Source: Malacoraja senta (Eukaryota). Taken from it: DNA of 64,000 nt. Of this stretch, positions 1-13,204 are shown piece after piece; positions within the stretch are counted from its first letter, which is position 1, and the number at the start of each line of letters is the position of its first letter. The translations under genes were made by a program, and so were the position numbers. The stretch spans positions 17,298,001 to 17,362,000 of the forward strand of contig CM075985.1 in the NCBI GenBank assembly GCA_038087875.1, read 5' to 3'. Below the pieces are notes generated by a model, which did not search any database, was not told where the DNA came from, and worked only from the letters and a program-made list of their open reading frames with translations.

Positions 1-270
1 ACCTGGGTTCGATCCTGACCTCGGGTGCTGGCTGTATGGAGTTTGCATATTCCCTATGACCGTGTAGTTTTTCACTGGGTAGTTGCCTCCCACATCCTAA
101 AGATGTGCAGGTTTGTAGGTTGATTGGCACCTGTTAATTGCCCCAAGTGTGTAGGGAATGGATGAGAAAGTGGGATAACATAGATCAGTATATAGATCAA
201 TGGTCGGCGTGCTCGATGGGACGAAGGGCCTGTTTCCATGCTGCATCTCTTAACTAAACTAAATTAAATT
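1..270 (+). mobile_element. HE1-like tRNA-derived V-SINE (5' end outside the window)
   Basis: B-box GGTTCGATCC, V-domain GGAGTTTGCATATTC, CR1-like 3' end, (CTAAA)n tail. Confidence 0.85.
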
Positions 271-2229
271 AATGCTCGTGTATACAATCTCTGTTGCTTA
301 AAATAACATTTCTTATAAAGTAGTAGTTGGTAAACAGTTTAGTTTGGGAGTGAGACAAGACAGAAGACATTAATTATTTTTGTTATGATGACATGTCCAA
401 GTCATTCAATAATTATGTTCTATATAACATACTGTATTACATCAACCAATTATAAAACAAATGAAAGTAAAATATTTGTTAAACTGCTTGAATAAGGCTC
501 TCTGCAAAAGGGGATAGACTATATTTATGTCCGGTCTTGTAATGGAGAAACACCATGTCACAATGATAATCAGATTATTCCAGTACGTGGGTAACCTGTG
601 ATTACAACATAAACATGGAGTGTTCATCTCCTGAACTTGGTCCTGTGGTGCAATCACCATTAAACCATGATACAAGGTGCCAGATGGGCCTAGAGTGTGA
701 ATACGGAGGGCAATCCTTCAGTAGGCCGTGAAGATGCAATGATGAGCAATGCAATGTTGTAGAGCTAGAAGAGCAGGTGAACTTATTTTGCCTTTGGTAG
801 CCAGGTGGCTATTTTAACACCACGGATGAGGCTATTGTACTTGGAGCTTGCTGCTCCAGGTTTCTGACCAATTTTGCATGATGGTCTCTAAATAGACACT
901 GGGCCTGGCAATAACATGTTCAAGTTGCTGGGAAGGGTTTCTAAGCCTTTTTGATGTCAGGTCAATCTCATATATCGAAAATAACTGCACAAAATTGATT
1001 AATTTAAACCTGAAGAACAAAATAAACTTCAATGACTCCTCCTTCTTCCCAAGATAAAGAAACATTGGCATTAAATATTTAACGCTTTATGATAGGTTTT
1101 ATATCAGAATTGTGAATGTAGAAGTTACACTATCTAGCAGGCAACATCGTTCCAAAGTGATTTTGTAGACTAAGCAAAGTAAAAAATTATGCCCCCCATA
1201 TTGTGGGGCCGTTACATTGGTAGATTGGCTGTTTACTGTGAATAGCCCAGGAGACGGCCTCGAATATGTTCCACTAATCACGTAGTACAACTGTTACAAT
1301 TATTGGAACAAAATGACTCGCCGTTAAGGAACTGAAACAATATGCCATTTTCAAATTTAACTGCTATCCATTGATACCCACTGCACATCCTACAGCAGTG
1401 AGATCAAATAATTACATCTGAATATCTCGTACACGCTTCCCAAACTGTAATCAGCCTTTTTGGATTAGTTAATCTGAGGCCTGATGTCTGTTTTAAGCCG
1501 CTATGTTGAATTTGGCACAAATGGGATGGAGAATATCTTCCTCTACGTTCTGGGTCTGTAGTGGTGCAATGAGTAGGTTTTTAGCCTGGCTGTTGGAGGT
1601 CATTGAGGAATAATTTAATTCTCTGTTATTGAAGCATGTATAGCACGTGGCGGTAATGTTAGTACTGTTTAGGTCAGACATCTGATCCAATTTTGTGGCT
1701 TCCTCAGGATTTTATCATCCAGCACTCCCACTCACTCTGGGTCTTGGAATGAAACCAGTTTCCCCATGTAAACACTCTCGCCATTTTGTTTGAATATTAT
1801 ATAACATTAGGGAGTATTAAAATTCTGGCGCTTGTGTGTTATGATGCAGTTTGGGCTTGGCCGATTCGATTGATTTATATATAGTTAAAATATAACTAAC
1901 AGTAATGTGGTGAATTACTGCATTGGACAATGCCCATTGAAACCAAGGGCACGGTGGAGTTGTGGAATATCATTAGATCAGTGAAATGGAAGAAGTGTTC
2001 ATCACTTGCAGGTTGCACAAAAGGTAACATTTGGAAGGACGGTTCTTACATATCATTGAGTAACAATTATTGCTATCCTTCACGTACAGCAGATGCATTT
2101 GCATTTCCTAAGAAATAGAATACAGAATTATAACATCAGGAAATAAAAATGCAAGTGTAAAAGTCCTTAAAAACTGAAGTGAAAGGAAGAGGTTACAGCT
2201 GCTTTGGAGCTTTGTGGCTCTCCCCCCTG

Positions 2230-2332
2230 TTTATTGCATTTTTGTGCTATTTAGCAGTTTTCACATGTGAGCAATATACTATTAAAAAAATGTGTAAAAA
2301 TAAACTGTGTAAACATTTATTGGCTCTTTATT
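2230..2332 (-). promoter_or_regulatory. Candidate PANX2 polyadenylation signals
   Basis: AATAAA on the minus strand at 2327-2332, 2316-2321 and 2230-2235. A U-rich tract follows the first two. About 460 nt after the stop codon. Confidence 0.5.
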
Positions 2333-2793
2333 GATATCTCTAACAAAGAACCAGTGAAGATTGCTTCCTTCTATTCTCTCTGACAGTGTATCTTCGACAG
2401 CACTGGCATGTTCATGCATTCTGACAGAAACGCCTTGCAAATTATAGTCCATCAACCATTTGCCTTTGAACTCCAGTTGTTAGTCCATCGCATCTTTGTT
2501 GCATCACATTGCTGGCAGTGTTAGGATAGATTTTAAAACTCAAGATACAATTAGGAAAGCTAAGCACCATAAATAATTGTTGAATCTTGAGAGCTCGTTG
2601 ACTTAAAGATATTTGTTTTTGGGGTTAGGAAACATGCCTGTTGGTTAACTTGCATCTAATGAAACTCACATGGACACTATTTGCTTGATGTGTTACCTAC
2701 ACTGATGGAGAGATTATTACTTGTACCAATGTCGTCTTTCAATGATGCAATATCAGCCATGTGAAAGGATAATGCTACTGCATACCTACTATG

Positions 2794-3155
2794 CTAGTAT
2801 TCTATTGTGCTAATCATTAATATCGGGTCATCAAATGTAGTCAGTAATATCTTCTCTGGTGAACATATGGGTAGATCTTCTGTATTCGCAGAGGAGATTA
2901 CTTTTGCATTTAGCAAGCTGGGAGCAAATGCTTCATCCTCATGATCTTCATAGAGCGTTTGAATATTCTGGATGTCGATTAGTGGGAGAGTAGGGTTACG
3001 GTTGAATTGCAATCTTGTTTCACGGATATCTTTTTCTACAGTAGGCAAGTTGTTCATAAAGTTGATACCAAAAGGTCTACTGTCAGGTAATGTTAGGCAG
3101 CTCTCTGATGAACATTTAATATTGCTTGCAGCACCTCCTTCAGACAGATTACTAT
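2794..3155 (-). CDS. PANX2: Pannexin-2 coding exon 3 (362 nt including TAG stop)
   Basis: Acceptor ttatttctcatAG|ATAGT restores SPIK-D in frame. C-terminus TLYEDHEDE...ILLTTFDDPILMISTIEY* resembles the PANX2 end (ILIATFDEPRTVVSTVEF). Exon lengths sum to 2022 nt = 673 aa + stop. Confidence 0.9.
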
Positions 3156-4852
3156 CTATGAGAAATAACTTGTTAGAGTTCAAACAGTCATGAGCACAAA
3201 ACATTCAACTTTCTTTTTCATAATTGCATTGGGGGTTTTTTGCCATTAGATTTACACTTAAATAATCGAAACCAGCAGGTTGATATGTAAAAAGCAGGAT
3301 TACATCTATTTTTGATCATTACTTCAAATTAGAGGAATGTAACAATCACTTCAGATTTTTATTAAAAATCTGAGAATAAGCAATTAAAAAAAAACCCTTG
3401 TGCAAGAATATTAAAGTGAAATATCAATATGGGTCTGTAAAACGGAAGGAAAACCCTGTTAAACGGCATAACAGTGCACATTTAATTAAACATTAAAACT
3501 ATTATATACTCGATTTTCATATTATCCCTTCTGACCACATTCACAGGCAGTCCTTTCATTTTATCATTTACTGTGGACTCACTAATTTAATCAAAGGTAA
3601 GTACATCTCTGAACCACTTTTTTGCACCCTTCACTAGAAACATTTCCTTATGTCGACCAACACGTCATTCTGTATTGAATCTTGCAAATTAACTTCTCAC
3701 ACAAATCACTTTGAAGAGCGCTTTTAATGTTCCCAGCAGCCTGGAAATCAGACCTCCTTTTGCCACAATTCTTAACCATTTGTCAACTTGCTTCACCATC
3801 CCACACCTCTACCTTTAATGACCTATTCCCTCACCAAACACATATCATCTCTCATCAGTGTCAGCCCCTACGTTTGGCCTCAATAATACCAGAACTACTG
3901 TAAGTGTATGCAAATGTGATGCAAAATTGTTTAAGTCATAACTAAATTTATCTAAAATATATTTTCATATGGCCATTTTTTAAGAAAAGAAAATATGGTT
4001 CAATTGTATAGAATATTATGGATCTGACGTTGTTTGAAGAAGATATGCTAAGTGATTTATTTTCAGGAGAACATGATGGATATCACATTCTGACCTCATC
4101 AGCACTACTTGCATTTCCAAGGAGAATAAAATATATCTGTATCTATGGATTTGACTTCAATGAGACATGAATGAATATCAGAACAAATCCCGACTTGGAA
4201 AGTTTAACGTGCCCTTTATCCCTTAATGGCCCTCATCAGCTTCCCAGGGGGCATTTAGGGACATATTATTAATATGGACTTTGCCTACATCCCAAGAGTG
4301 ATTTTCTTGAAAATTGGCCTTACAGCTTCAGTAAAAGAAAAGATTGTGTAAAAGAGCGTTGGAAGACAAGGCAGTTGTCAGTTCCGGTTTGCTCCATGTT
4401 TGGTGGCTTCGGCAAATGAAAGTCAACATGGGTTTCATGACCCATGCATGTGTTCAGCCATTCAAAAAGATCGTGGCTGAGTGATCACATCATCTCCATG
4501 CTTCTGCCCATCTCCATTTCCCCTGATTACTGATAGCAGATCATCCACCAGCTTAAGCATCCACTCACTCTACCTCAGGCATTCCCCGGTAGCAGTTTCT
4601 TAAGCTACAGCTCCACCTCATTGAAGGACCCCAGGACACCAGGTCAGCTTGCTGGAGGGCAACGAGAGTTCAGCAATAAACACCATCCTTAGCAATGATG
4701 CCATGTCCGGAGAATAAATCAGTAAAAATGACTGCATTTCTTCCCCATTTGCAAGTCATTGGAATGAATTTGTACGTCTGTATTGGTTCAGCACTGGTTA
4801 TTTAATTATTCTTTGCTGCATTTTCTAATGCAGGAGCACTAATGCAGCATCA

Positions 4853-7800
4853 AAGGGTGTGAGACTTTAAACTAGAACGGTTGGGGGGGAGGGACTCAAA
4901 TAGAGAAAGCTAGTAGACAGTGTGTGAGGCAGGAGGCAGAGAAGGGAAGCACTCAGACCCGACATGTAGGGGGGAAAGAAGAAAACAATAATAAACAGAG
5001 AATAAGAGGTGGTGGGTTTCTTAAATGTGTGAGCAGAGAGACAGAGGGGTGTAAAATGAGGGTAGAAGCAATAGGTAGCAAGGTGAAAAATAAATGTGGC
5101 AGGCAGACAAATCCAGGGCAAAAATCAAAAAGGGCCACTTTTCAACATAATTGTATAAGGGGTAAGAGCGTTGTGAAAACAAGCCTGAAGGCTTTTTGTC
5201 TCAATGCAAGGAGCATTCATAATAAGGTGGATGAGTTGAATGTGCAGATAGCTATTAATGATTATGATATAGTTGGGATCACGGAGACATGGCTCCAGGG
5301 TGACCAAGGCTGGGAGCTGAACATCCAGCGATATTCAATATTCAGGAGGGATAGACAGAAAGGAAAAGGAGGTGGGGTAGCTTTGCTGGTTAGAGAGGAG
5401 ATTAACGCAATAGAAAGGAAGGACATTAGCTTGGAGGATGTGGAATCGATATGGGTAGAGCTGCGAAACACTAAGGGGCAGAAAACGCTAGTGGGTGTTG
5501 TGTACAGGCCACCTAACAGTAGTAGTGGAGTTGGGGATGGCATCAAACAGGAAATTAGAAATGCATGCAACAAAGGTAAAACAGTTATAATGGGTGACTT
5601 CAATCTACATATAGATTGGGTGAATCAAATTGGCAGGGGTGCTGAGGAAGAGGATTTCTTGGAATGTATGCGGGATAGTTTTCTAAACCAACATGTAGAG
5701 GAACCAGCGAGAGAGCAGGCTATTCTAGACTGGGTATTGAGTAATGAGGAAGGGTTAGTTAGCAGTTTTGTTGTGCGTGGCCCCTTGGGCAAGAGTGACC
5801 ATAATATGGTTGAGTTCTTCATTAGGATGGAGAGTGACATTGTTAATTCAGAAACAAGGGTTCTGAACTTAAAGAAAGGTAACTTTGAGGGTATGAGACG
5901 TGAATTGGCCAAGATTGACTGGCAATTGATTCTTAAAGGGTTGACGGTGGATAAGCAATGGAAGGCATTTAAAGACTGCATGGATGAACTACAACAATTG
6001 TTCATCCCAGTTTGGCAAAAGAATAAATCAGGGAAGGTAGTGCATCCGTGGATAACAAGGGAAATCAGGGATAGTATCAAAACAAAAGATGAAGCGTACA
6101 ATTTAGCCAGAAAAAGCAGCCTACCAGAGGTCTGGGAGAAATTCAGAGTCTAGCAGAGGAGGACAAAGGGCATAATTAGGAAAGGGAAAATAGATTATGA
6201 AAGAAAACTGGCATGGAACATAAAAACTGACTGCAAAAGTTTTTATAGATATGTGAAGAGAAAAAAGATTAGTTAAAACAAATGTAGGTCCCTTGCAGTC
6301 AGAAACAGGTGAATTGATCATGGGGAACAAGGACATGGCAGACCAATTGAATAACTACTTTGGTTCTGTCTTCACTAAGGAAGACATAAATAATCTGCCG
6401 GAAATAGCAGGGGACCGCGGGTCAAATGAGATGGAGGAACTGAGTGAAATCCAGGTTAGCCGGGAAGTGGTGTTAGGGAAATTGAATGGATTAAAGGCCG
6501 ATAAATCCCCAGGGCCAGATAGGCTGCATCCCAGAGTACTTAAGGAAGTAGCCCCAGAAATAGTGGATGCATTAGTGATAATTTTTCAAAACCCCTTAGA
6601 TTCTGGAGTAGTTCCTGAGGATTGGAGGGTAGCTAATGTAACCCCACTTTTTAAAAAGGGAGGGAGAGAGAAAATGGGGAATTACAGACCAGTTAGTCTA
6701 ACATCGGTAGTGGGGAAACTGCTAGAGTCAGTTATTAAAGATGGGATAGTAGCACATTTGGAAAGTGGTGAAATTATTGGACAAAGTCAGCATGGATTTA
6801 CGAAAGGTAAATCATGTCTGACGAATCTTATAGAATTTTTCGAGGATGTAACTAGTAGAGTGGATTAGGGAGAACCAGTGGATGTGTTATATCTGGACTT
6901 TCAGAAGGCTTTCAACAAGGTCCCACATAAGAGATTAGTATACAAACTTAAAGCACACGGTATTGGGGGTTCAGTATTGATTGTGGATAGAGAACTGGCT
7001 GGCAAACAGGAAGCAAAGAGTAGGAGTAAACGGGTCCTTTTCAGAATGGCAGGCAGTGACTAGTGGGGTACCGCAAGGCTCAGTGCTGGGACCCCAGCTA
7101 TTTACAATATATATTAATGATTTGGACGAGGGAATTGAATGCAACATCTCCAAGTTTGCGGATGACACGAAGCTGGGGGGCAGTGTGAGGAGGATGCTAG
7201 GAGGCTGCAAGGTGACGGATAGGCTGGGTGAGTGGGCAAATGCATGGCAGATGCAGTATAATGTGGATAAATGTGAGGGTGTCCACTGGTGGCAAAAACA
7301 GGAAAGTAGAATATTATCTGAATGGTGGCCGATTAGGAAAAGGGGAGATGCAACGAGCCTTGGGTGTCATGGTGCACCAGTCATTGAAAGTAGGCATGCA
7401 GGTGCAGCAGGCAGTGAAGAAAGCGAATGGTATGTTAGCATTCATAGCAAAAGGATTTGAGTATAGGAGCAGGGAGGTTCTACTGCAGTTGTACAGGGTC
7501 TTGGTGAGACCACACCTGGAGTATTGCATACAGTTTTGGTCTCCAAATCTGAGGAAAGACATTCTTGCCATAGAGGGAGTACAGAGAAGGTTCACCAGAC
7601 TGATTCCTGGGATGTCAGGACTTTCATATGAAGAAAGACTGGATAGACTCAGCTTGTACTCGCTAGAATTTAGAAGATTGAGGGAGGATCTTATAGAAAC
7701 TTACAAAATTCTTAAGGGATTGGACAGGCTAGATGCAGGAAGATTGTTCCCGATGTTGGGGAAGTCCAAGACAAGGGGTCACAGTTTAAGGATAAAGGGG

Positions 7801-8080
7801 AAATCTTTTAGGACCGAGATGAGAAAAACATTTTTCACACAGAGTGGTGAATCTCTGGAATTCTCTGCCACAGAAGGTAGTTGAGGCCAGTTCATTGGCT
7901 ATATTTGAGAGGGAGTTAGATGTGGCCCTTGTGGCTAAAGGGATCAGGGGGTATGGAGAGAAGGCAGGTACAGGATACTGAGTTGGATGATCAGCCATGA
8001 TCATATTGAATGGCGGTGCAGGCTCGAAGGGCCAAATGGCCTATTCCTGCACCTATTTTCTATGTTTCTATGTTTCTATG
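4853..8080 (+). mobile_element. CR1 LINE with near-complete ORF2, inactivated by stops and frameshifts
   Basis: ORF1-end-like TTTAAACTAG. EN motifs (LNARS, ITETW, YRPP, GDFN, SDH) and RT motifs (NYRPVSLT, PQGSVLGP, FADDTK) split over ORFs 4924-7884. (TTTCTATG)n tail. Confidence 0.95.
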
Positions 8081-8597
8081 AGATGCTGCATTTTATAAGA
8101 GACTATTCTGATGAAGAGGAGGCATTCCCACAGCAATGCATGGTCAGTTTTGCTTTAGTCTCTTGGTGTGTGAGCCTGTGACCTGGGTCAGTTAAGCTAC
8201 ACTATTGGTTTACTGCTAAAGCAGTTGTTGCTTTACAACTTCCTTACATGTATTGACCTGTGCAATAGCTACTGGTGAATCTACTGCCTGCAACTATACA
8301 GGGTCCTAATACTTAATTGGAATGATGTTTGATGCCTCCATTCTCCATGTTCCCAATTAAAGAGGCCCATGCAATAGAGAATATCTGGGATGGACAACAA
8401 ATACTCATCTTGGAATATTATGTCACATTTCACTTCCCTTTACTCAGCAAAGAAACCAACTTCAGACTGAAGAAGGGCTGCGAGCTGAAACGTCGCCTGT
8501 CCATTTCCACTCTCAGATGCTACCATGCCCACTGAGTTCCTCCAACAGTTGATTTTTGCTCAAGATTCCTACCTCTGTGGTTTCTTGCACCTCCATT

Positions 8598-8730
8598 TAG
8601 GTCATGAGGTCATAAGTGATAGGAGCAGAATTAGGCCATTCGGCCCATCAAGCCTACTCTGCCATTCACGGCTGATCTATCTCTCCCTCCAAATCCCATT
8701 CACCTGCCTTCTCCCCATACCCCCTGACAC
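8598..8730 (-). mobile_element. CR1 3'-end fragment
   Basis: Reverse complement of the CR1 3' hairpin/tail (GAATTAGGCCATTCGGCCCATCAAG). Same family as 14086-14247. Confidence 0.75.
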
Positions 8731-9349
8731 CAGTCTCTTTCTCTCAGTACGTAATATAGAAGTTACAGGTGAAATAGAGCTTGTCCCAATAGGTTGGTCA
8801 TGAGGTTGTGATGCACAGATTGGCATTGAGACTCCTTTTAATAAATCTTTGAATTGAAATGAATCTTCCTTATCTTAATGGCTCTACACCCTACCACCTC
8901 CCAACTCCTATAGCTTCCTTTCTAACTGTAATCCTTTATCTTTTTCTGGAATATAAGTTGCTGTCATGGTTCAAAATCCACGTGGCAGTGTTGGACTGCT
9001 ATGTAGGATAACCTCAGGCTGACTGTCGGCTAATTCACTTTTTCAGATCGTTTGGTTGAGCAGCATCTTTAACGCCTTCAATTACGAATCTCGATGATGG
9101 TAAATTTTCAAAATAATTCTGTCTCTTTCATCTTCTTTTACATTTCCGGGTCCCTTGAAATAAAATCCTCTGTTTCCTTGTTTCCTTCACCAGTTCAGTT
9201 TCACTCTCACAGCTCTTTAGTTGTTCTGCCCCTCACTTCTGTGCTCTTTCTTTCTACCTTCCTCTCATATACAATAAATTGCAAGATCAAAGGGGGCGAG
9301 ATGTTAACACACAGATTGAAGAAACCAGCATGTTAATGAGGCTGCTTTG

Positions 9350-9890
9350 AAATAAAGCAAATGGACTTTATGAATGGATGTACAGAATTCAGGAGCAAGG
9401 ATCTGATGCCAAAAATATATAAAGCATAGGTTATGGACCAATTTGTTCCCAATTCTGGGAACCATACCTTAGAAAGAATGACAAGGTCTTGGAGAGAGTA
9501 CAACAGAGATCACAACAATGATACTGGGGAAAGGGGACTTCAGTTAGGTGGAATGACTGGAGAAGCTGGGGTGTCCTTCTCAGAGAAGACAAACTAATAT
9601 TTTGACAGGATTGTCAAGGAGAACTCTTGTCAACAGCTATAGGACTCAAATTGGAGGACTCAAAGATAAAGGAATCAGGACGAATGAAAAGTTTATATCT
9701 GGAATGCATTGCCTGAAAGAGTTGACAATATTGCTAAAAAAAGAACTGGCTATATATTTGATAAAAAAACATTTCCAGAACTCTCAAGAAAGAAACGGGA
9801 AATGGAAATAAGTGTAAGACTCTTTCAATGAGTTATTGTGATGACAACTGCCCAACCAATCTCCTTTTATTGGTGCATGTTTCTATGGTT
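9350..9890 (+). mobile_element. Old degraded CR1 3' fragment
   Basis: Remnants of the YRS / QFW / LERVQ regions and a TTTCTATG tail. Confidence 0.65.
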
Positions 9891-11229
9891 CTTCTTTTTC
9901 TTCTCATTTTCTTTTCTCCATATCTATTTCTCTGTGCTCTGTTCCTTCAGTTTCATTTAATTTTTCCTTTCTCCTCTTCCATTTTCCATGTTCTGTCGTA
10001 GCTTTCTTCTGCTTGTCACTGCAACACTCGTTTCTTTCACTGAAAAAAGCCCACAGAGGGGTGTAGTTTCCGTGGCAAGTGTCCGTAAAAGAAGTCCAAT
10101 GAATGCTATGGATACGCCTAAGCAGTCCATGCACCACAGGGGGCATTGGAAGGAGGCAAAGGTGACCACTGATGGAGGAAGGGCAGTAAGAGTGAGAAGT
10201 AAGAGCCTTCTGACATGGCATGTGAAATAGAACTTGACTGTTGCTGCAAGGAGTGGGAGGACTTTCAACAGTGCTGAAAAAACATCCCGAATAATTACGT
10301 GCAGATTACATTGAATGTCAATTTGAGCCTTTATCATATGGTCGCTTCTTGGTAGAGTAATCCTTTTCATCAGAAATTGGCTGGTACATGTCTTAAATAT
10401 TTGATCCTTAAAAAGGTAGGTTGTTTGTGGAACAATCGCAAAAATGTGGCCTGGTGCAGCTGGAATCTTCATTGAGAAATGTGACTGCAAGTAAATAAAA
10501 AGAGGTGAGATGTTTTTGCACCTACTGAAATATGATTATCTATTGAAAATGAAAAGCTCAAAGAAAAAATGCAATGAATAGGAAATAAATCACAGATAAC
10601 ATCAATGATCACGATTTACACAGAACTCACAACATATCGTGGTGGAAGCAATAAATGATTGGGTGGTTAAAAAATATGTGATGAAAAAGCATAGGTTTCT
10701 TCAAAATAAAAGTAATGGCTTTGGATATGAAGATAACAACTCACTGAAATATTGTCACAGCCAAATGTTGGATTGTCCCTGCAATGCTGTTACTAATAAC
10801 TCATTTTACTTATCCCTTTGACAAAATATACTCCAAACTATGTCTGATATGCAGAATGCTATTGCTTTCATTCTGTAAGGAGAATTCATTATGAAGATTC
10901 CTATGTTATTTTGTGTGCAGGAGAAGCCCTGGTACTGGTCTGGGTTTGAAACCCCAATCATAAATGTTAACACAGAGGGTAGAACTAACACTTCTCTGGT
11001 CACCTCACCTCAATGCCAATCCGTGCATCACAACCTTATGACCAACCTATTGGGACAAGCTCTATTTTACCTGTAACTTCTATATTACGTACTGAAAGCT
11101 GATGAGGCATCCTGCACAGATACTCCAACATTTGTGAAGCAAGTAACCACAATCAAAACATTGCACTCCAATTGCCCATTTCTTTAAGACTATTTCTCCC
11201 AAATAATATTCAGTGAACACACACTTCAC

Positions 11230-12663
11230 CTTTGATGGGAGATGCCACATGTGCCAGCATGTTCTCCTCTGAATGCAAAAAGTCTTCCTCTTGACTCTTA
11301 GATATGCAACTTTCCTGACTTTCGGGCTTTGCCTTTTTGGTGTTAAGAATGTAAGGATGAACATCCAAAGACAAGTGGCGACTATGCTTTTTCTCGCTGT
11401 TGGCAACGATGCTCCCTTCACTTTTGTTGGAAGATTGATTTTGGAAATACTTTGGAGTGGAGTCAAGGAGAGGAATGGCAAGACCATCCGTCGCCATCTT
11501 GCGTCTGACCGGTTTGGGCTTGTCTCCTTTGTTCTCAAACTTCAAGACAGCAGATGGCTCTTTGAAAGGCTGGTGCAGTGGGTTTGTGGTTGGAATCCAC
11601 TTCATTTTCTTTCTGGGCCTCTTTATGATCAGTTGCTCATTGGCATCGATGTCAGTTGGGTCAACGCTGGGGTCGATTGTCTGGATCCCTGCATCCCTCA
11701 TTGTTGGTGTAACATCATGGTTGGACTGGGCCAGAGCAGCCAGCAACTGGCGGACAACATTGTCATACATGAGATCACTCTCATTTGTAATAAAATCCAA
11801 CCGGTTCAGTGACTTGATGTGGTCACGGTTTTCATTGCAAAACATAGCCAAAATGTTAATGTCACAAAACTGTGACTTTTGCCACTGTTTTCTAGTCTTG
11901 ATTCCAACCTTGTGTAGCTTATCAAAAATAAAGTTGGATTTACGAACTATAAAAAGGTGAATTAGGTTTATCAAAATGATGAGGTTGATGAAGCAGAGCA
12001 GAACAATGTCCACGATGGCAATAATGCGCTGCATCTGCACCGAGGGCAGTTTGCAGTTGACATGGACGTGAAGCATCTCGTTGCTGGACAAGTCCGGGGG
12101 CTCTCCCAAGGGGCAGGTGAATTCATTCTGCTTTTGGTTGGCGTAATAGGTGCAGAGATACGTGATGGGGATGACGCTCAAAAATACGACAGACAGCTGC
12201 CTGGAGAGATACAGTCTGGCCAGGAAATTGCTCTGCCCTCGACGCTCCAAATATTTCTCAAACAAGTTTTGCTCCGGGCTCTTCTCCTTCTCTGCGTTTT
12301 CAATGATCTCCCTCTTCTCCTTCTCCGTGATGCCCGCCCCTTTGGATTGGATCTGTTTCTCAATTTTGGGAGCCCGTCCCTCTGCGGCGCGGTGGTAGCA
12401 ATTGTCGATCTCCTGAAGCAAGAAGTTGAGTTCAGAAGTCAGCCGGGTCGAGGCGAGGAACTCCCAGGCCAGGGCGGGGATGTACATTATCCCAGCGAAG
12501 GCCAGCAGTGCATAGGGGAGGAACTTGTGTTCAAACAAGGAAGGCCTTTGGCTGGCTTCAACACCTGGCACTGCATCTTTAAGCTCAGTCCAGCAGTAAC
12601 CTCTGGCGTACAAAGCCTGATCACGAGTGAAATTGCTCGGCGTGTAACAGTAAATCGACTCTT
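11230..12663 (-). CDS. PANX2: Pannexin-2 coding exon 2 (1434 nt, symmetric phase 1-1)
   Basis: Acceptor ttctctctgttacacAG|AAGAG gives EESIYCYTPSNFTRDQALYARGYCW...HKFLPYALL...DINILAMFCNENRDHIKSLNRLDFITNESDLMYDNVVRQLLAALAQSNHD. Extracellular Cys residues and the NFT sequon are present. Donor AAAG|GTGAAG after SPIK. Confidence 0.96.
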
Positions 12664-13020
12664 CTGTGTAACAGAGAGAAAAGTCATAGTTGCATTTTCT
12701 GTCAATATAAAACCTGTCAAAGGTGCTCTGTAAAATAAATATTTTAAACAACTCCATCAATTATATTACATTTTAATTTCCATATGTTGACATCTGCCTT
12801 TAAAGCCAATCATAAATCATTCCATTCAACTCAAATCCTGTCATGCACATCTCTCAAGCTTTAGTCTGGCCTAATCTTACTCCTTTGGATTGTAGGGTTT
12901 AAATGATTTATGAAAATGTATGCATTTAACCTTTTGTAGGGAAAGTTTCTACTGTTAGGGCTACAGACTTGGATTATTTTCTGATGCAAGAGTAAATTTA
13001 ATTCAGTTACTACAATGGGG

Positions 13021-13172
13021 ATAGGCACAAAATGCTGGGGTAACTCAGCGGGACAGGCAGCATCTCTGGATAGAAGGAATGGGTGATGTTTCGGGTTGGG
13101 ACCCTTCTTGCTGCCTGTCCCACTTTTGTATCAATCTTCAGTGTTGACCAGCATCTGCAGTTCCTTCCTACA
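13021..13172. mobile_element. Penelope-like fold-back fragment
   Basis: Same family sequence. Further copies at approximately 8460-8590, 14875-15087, 19868-20040, 21270-21375, 22770-22950, 24400-24655, 29935-30028, 31505-31634, 40405-40485, 42277-42368, 43003-43082, 57918-57965, 59256-59376, 59995-60200 and 62465-62557. Confidence 0.78.
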
Positions 13173-13204
13173 CAAGAATGGAGAATTGTGTCTCCAATAT
13201 ACTT

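Noticed and set aside
3148-3157. Alternative acceptor 4 nt downstream (tagATAG) for exon 3
   Set aside because: It would frameshift and lose the conserved C-terminus. The first AG restores the conserved PIK-D junction.
4924-6153. 409-aa ORF as a host endonuclease gene
   Set aside because: It is the APE domain of a decayed CR1 ORF2; the downstream RT is broken.
9904-10490. ORFs of 105 and 177 aa in intron 2
   Set aside because: No recognisable domain, partly low-complexity, and not needed for the PANX2 reading frame.
11273-12733. Plus-strand ORFs of 179, 167 and 223 aa
   Set aside because: Antisense shadows of PANX2 exon 2 with no recognisable domains.
11210-12760. 516-aa ORF as a stand-alone single-exon gene
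   Set aside because: Its first ~32 and last 6 residues are intronic. Splice sites and PANX2 homology define exon 2 as 11230-12663.
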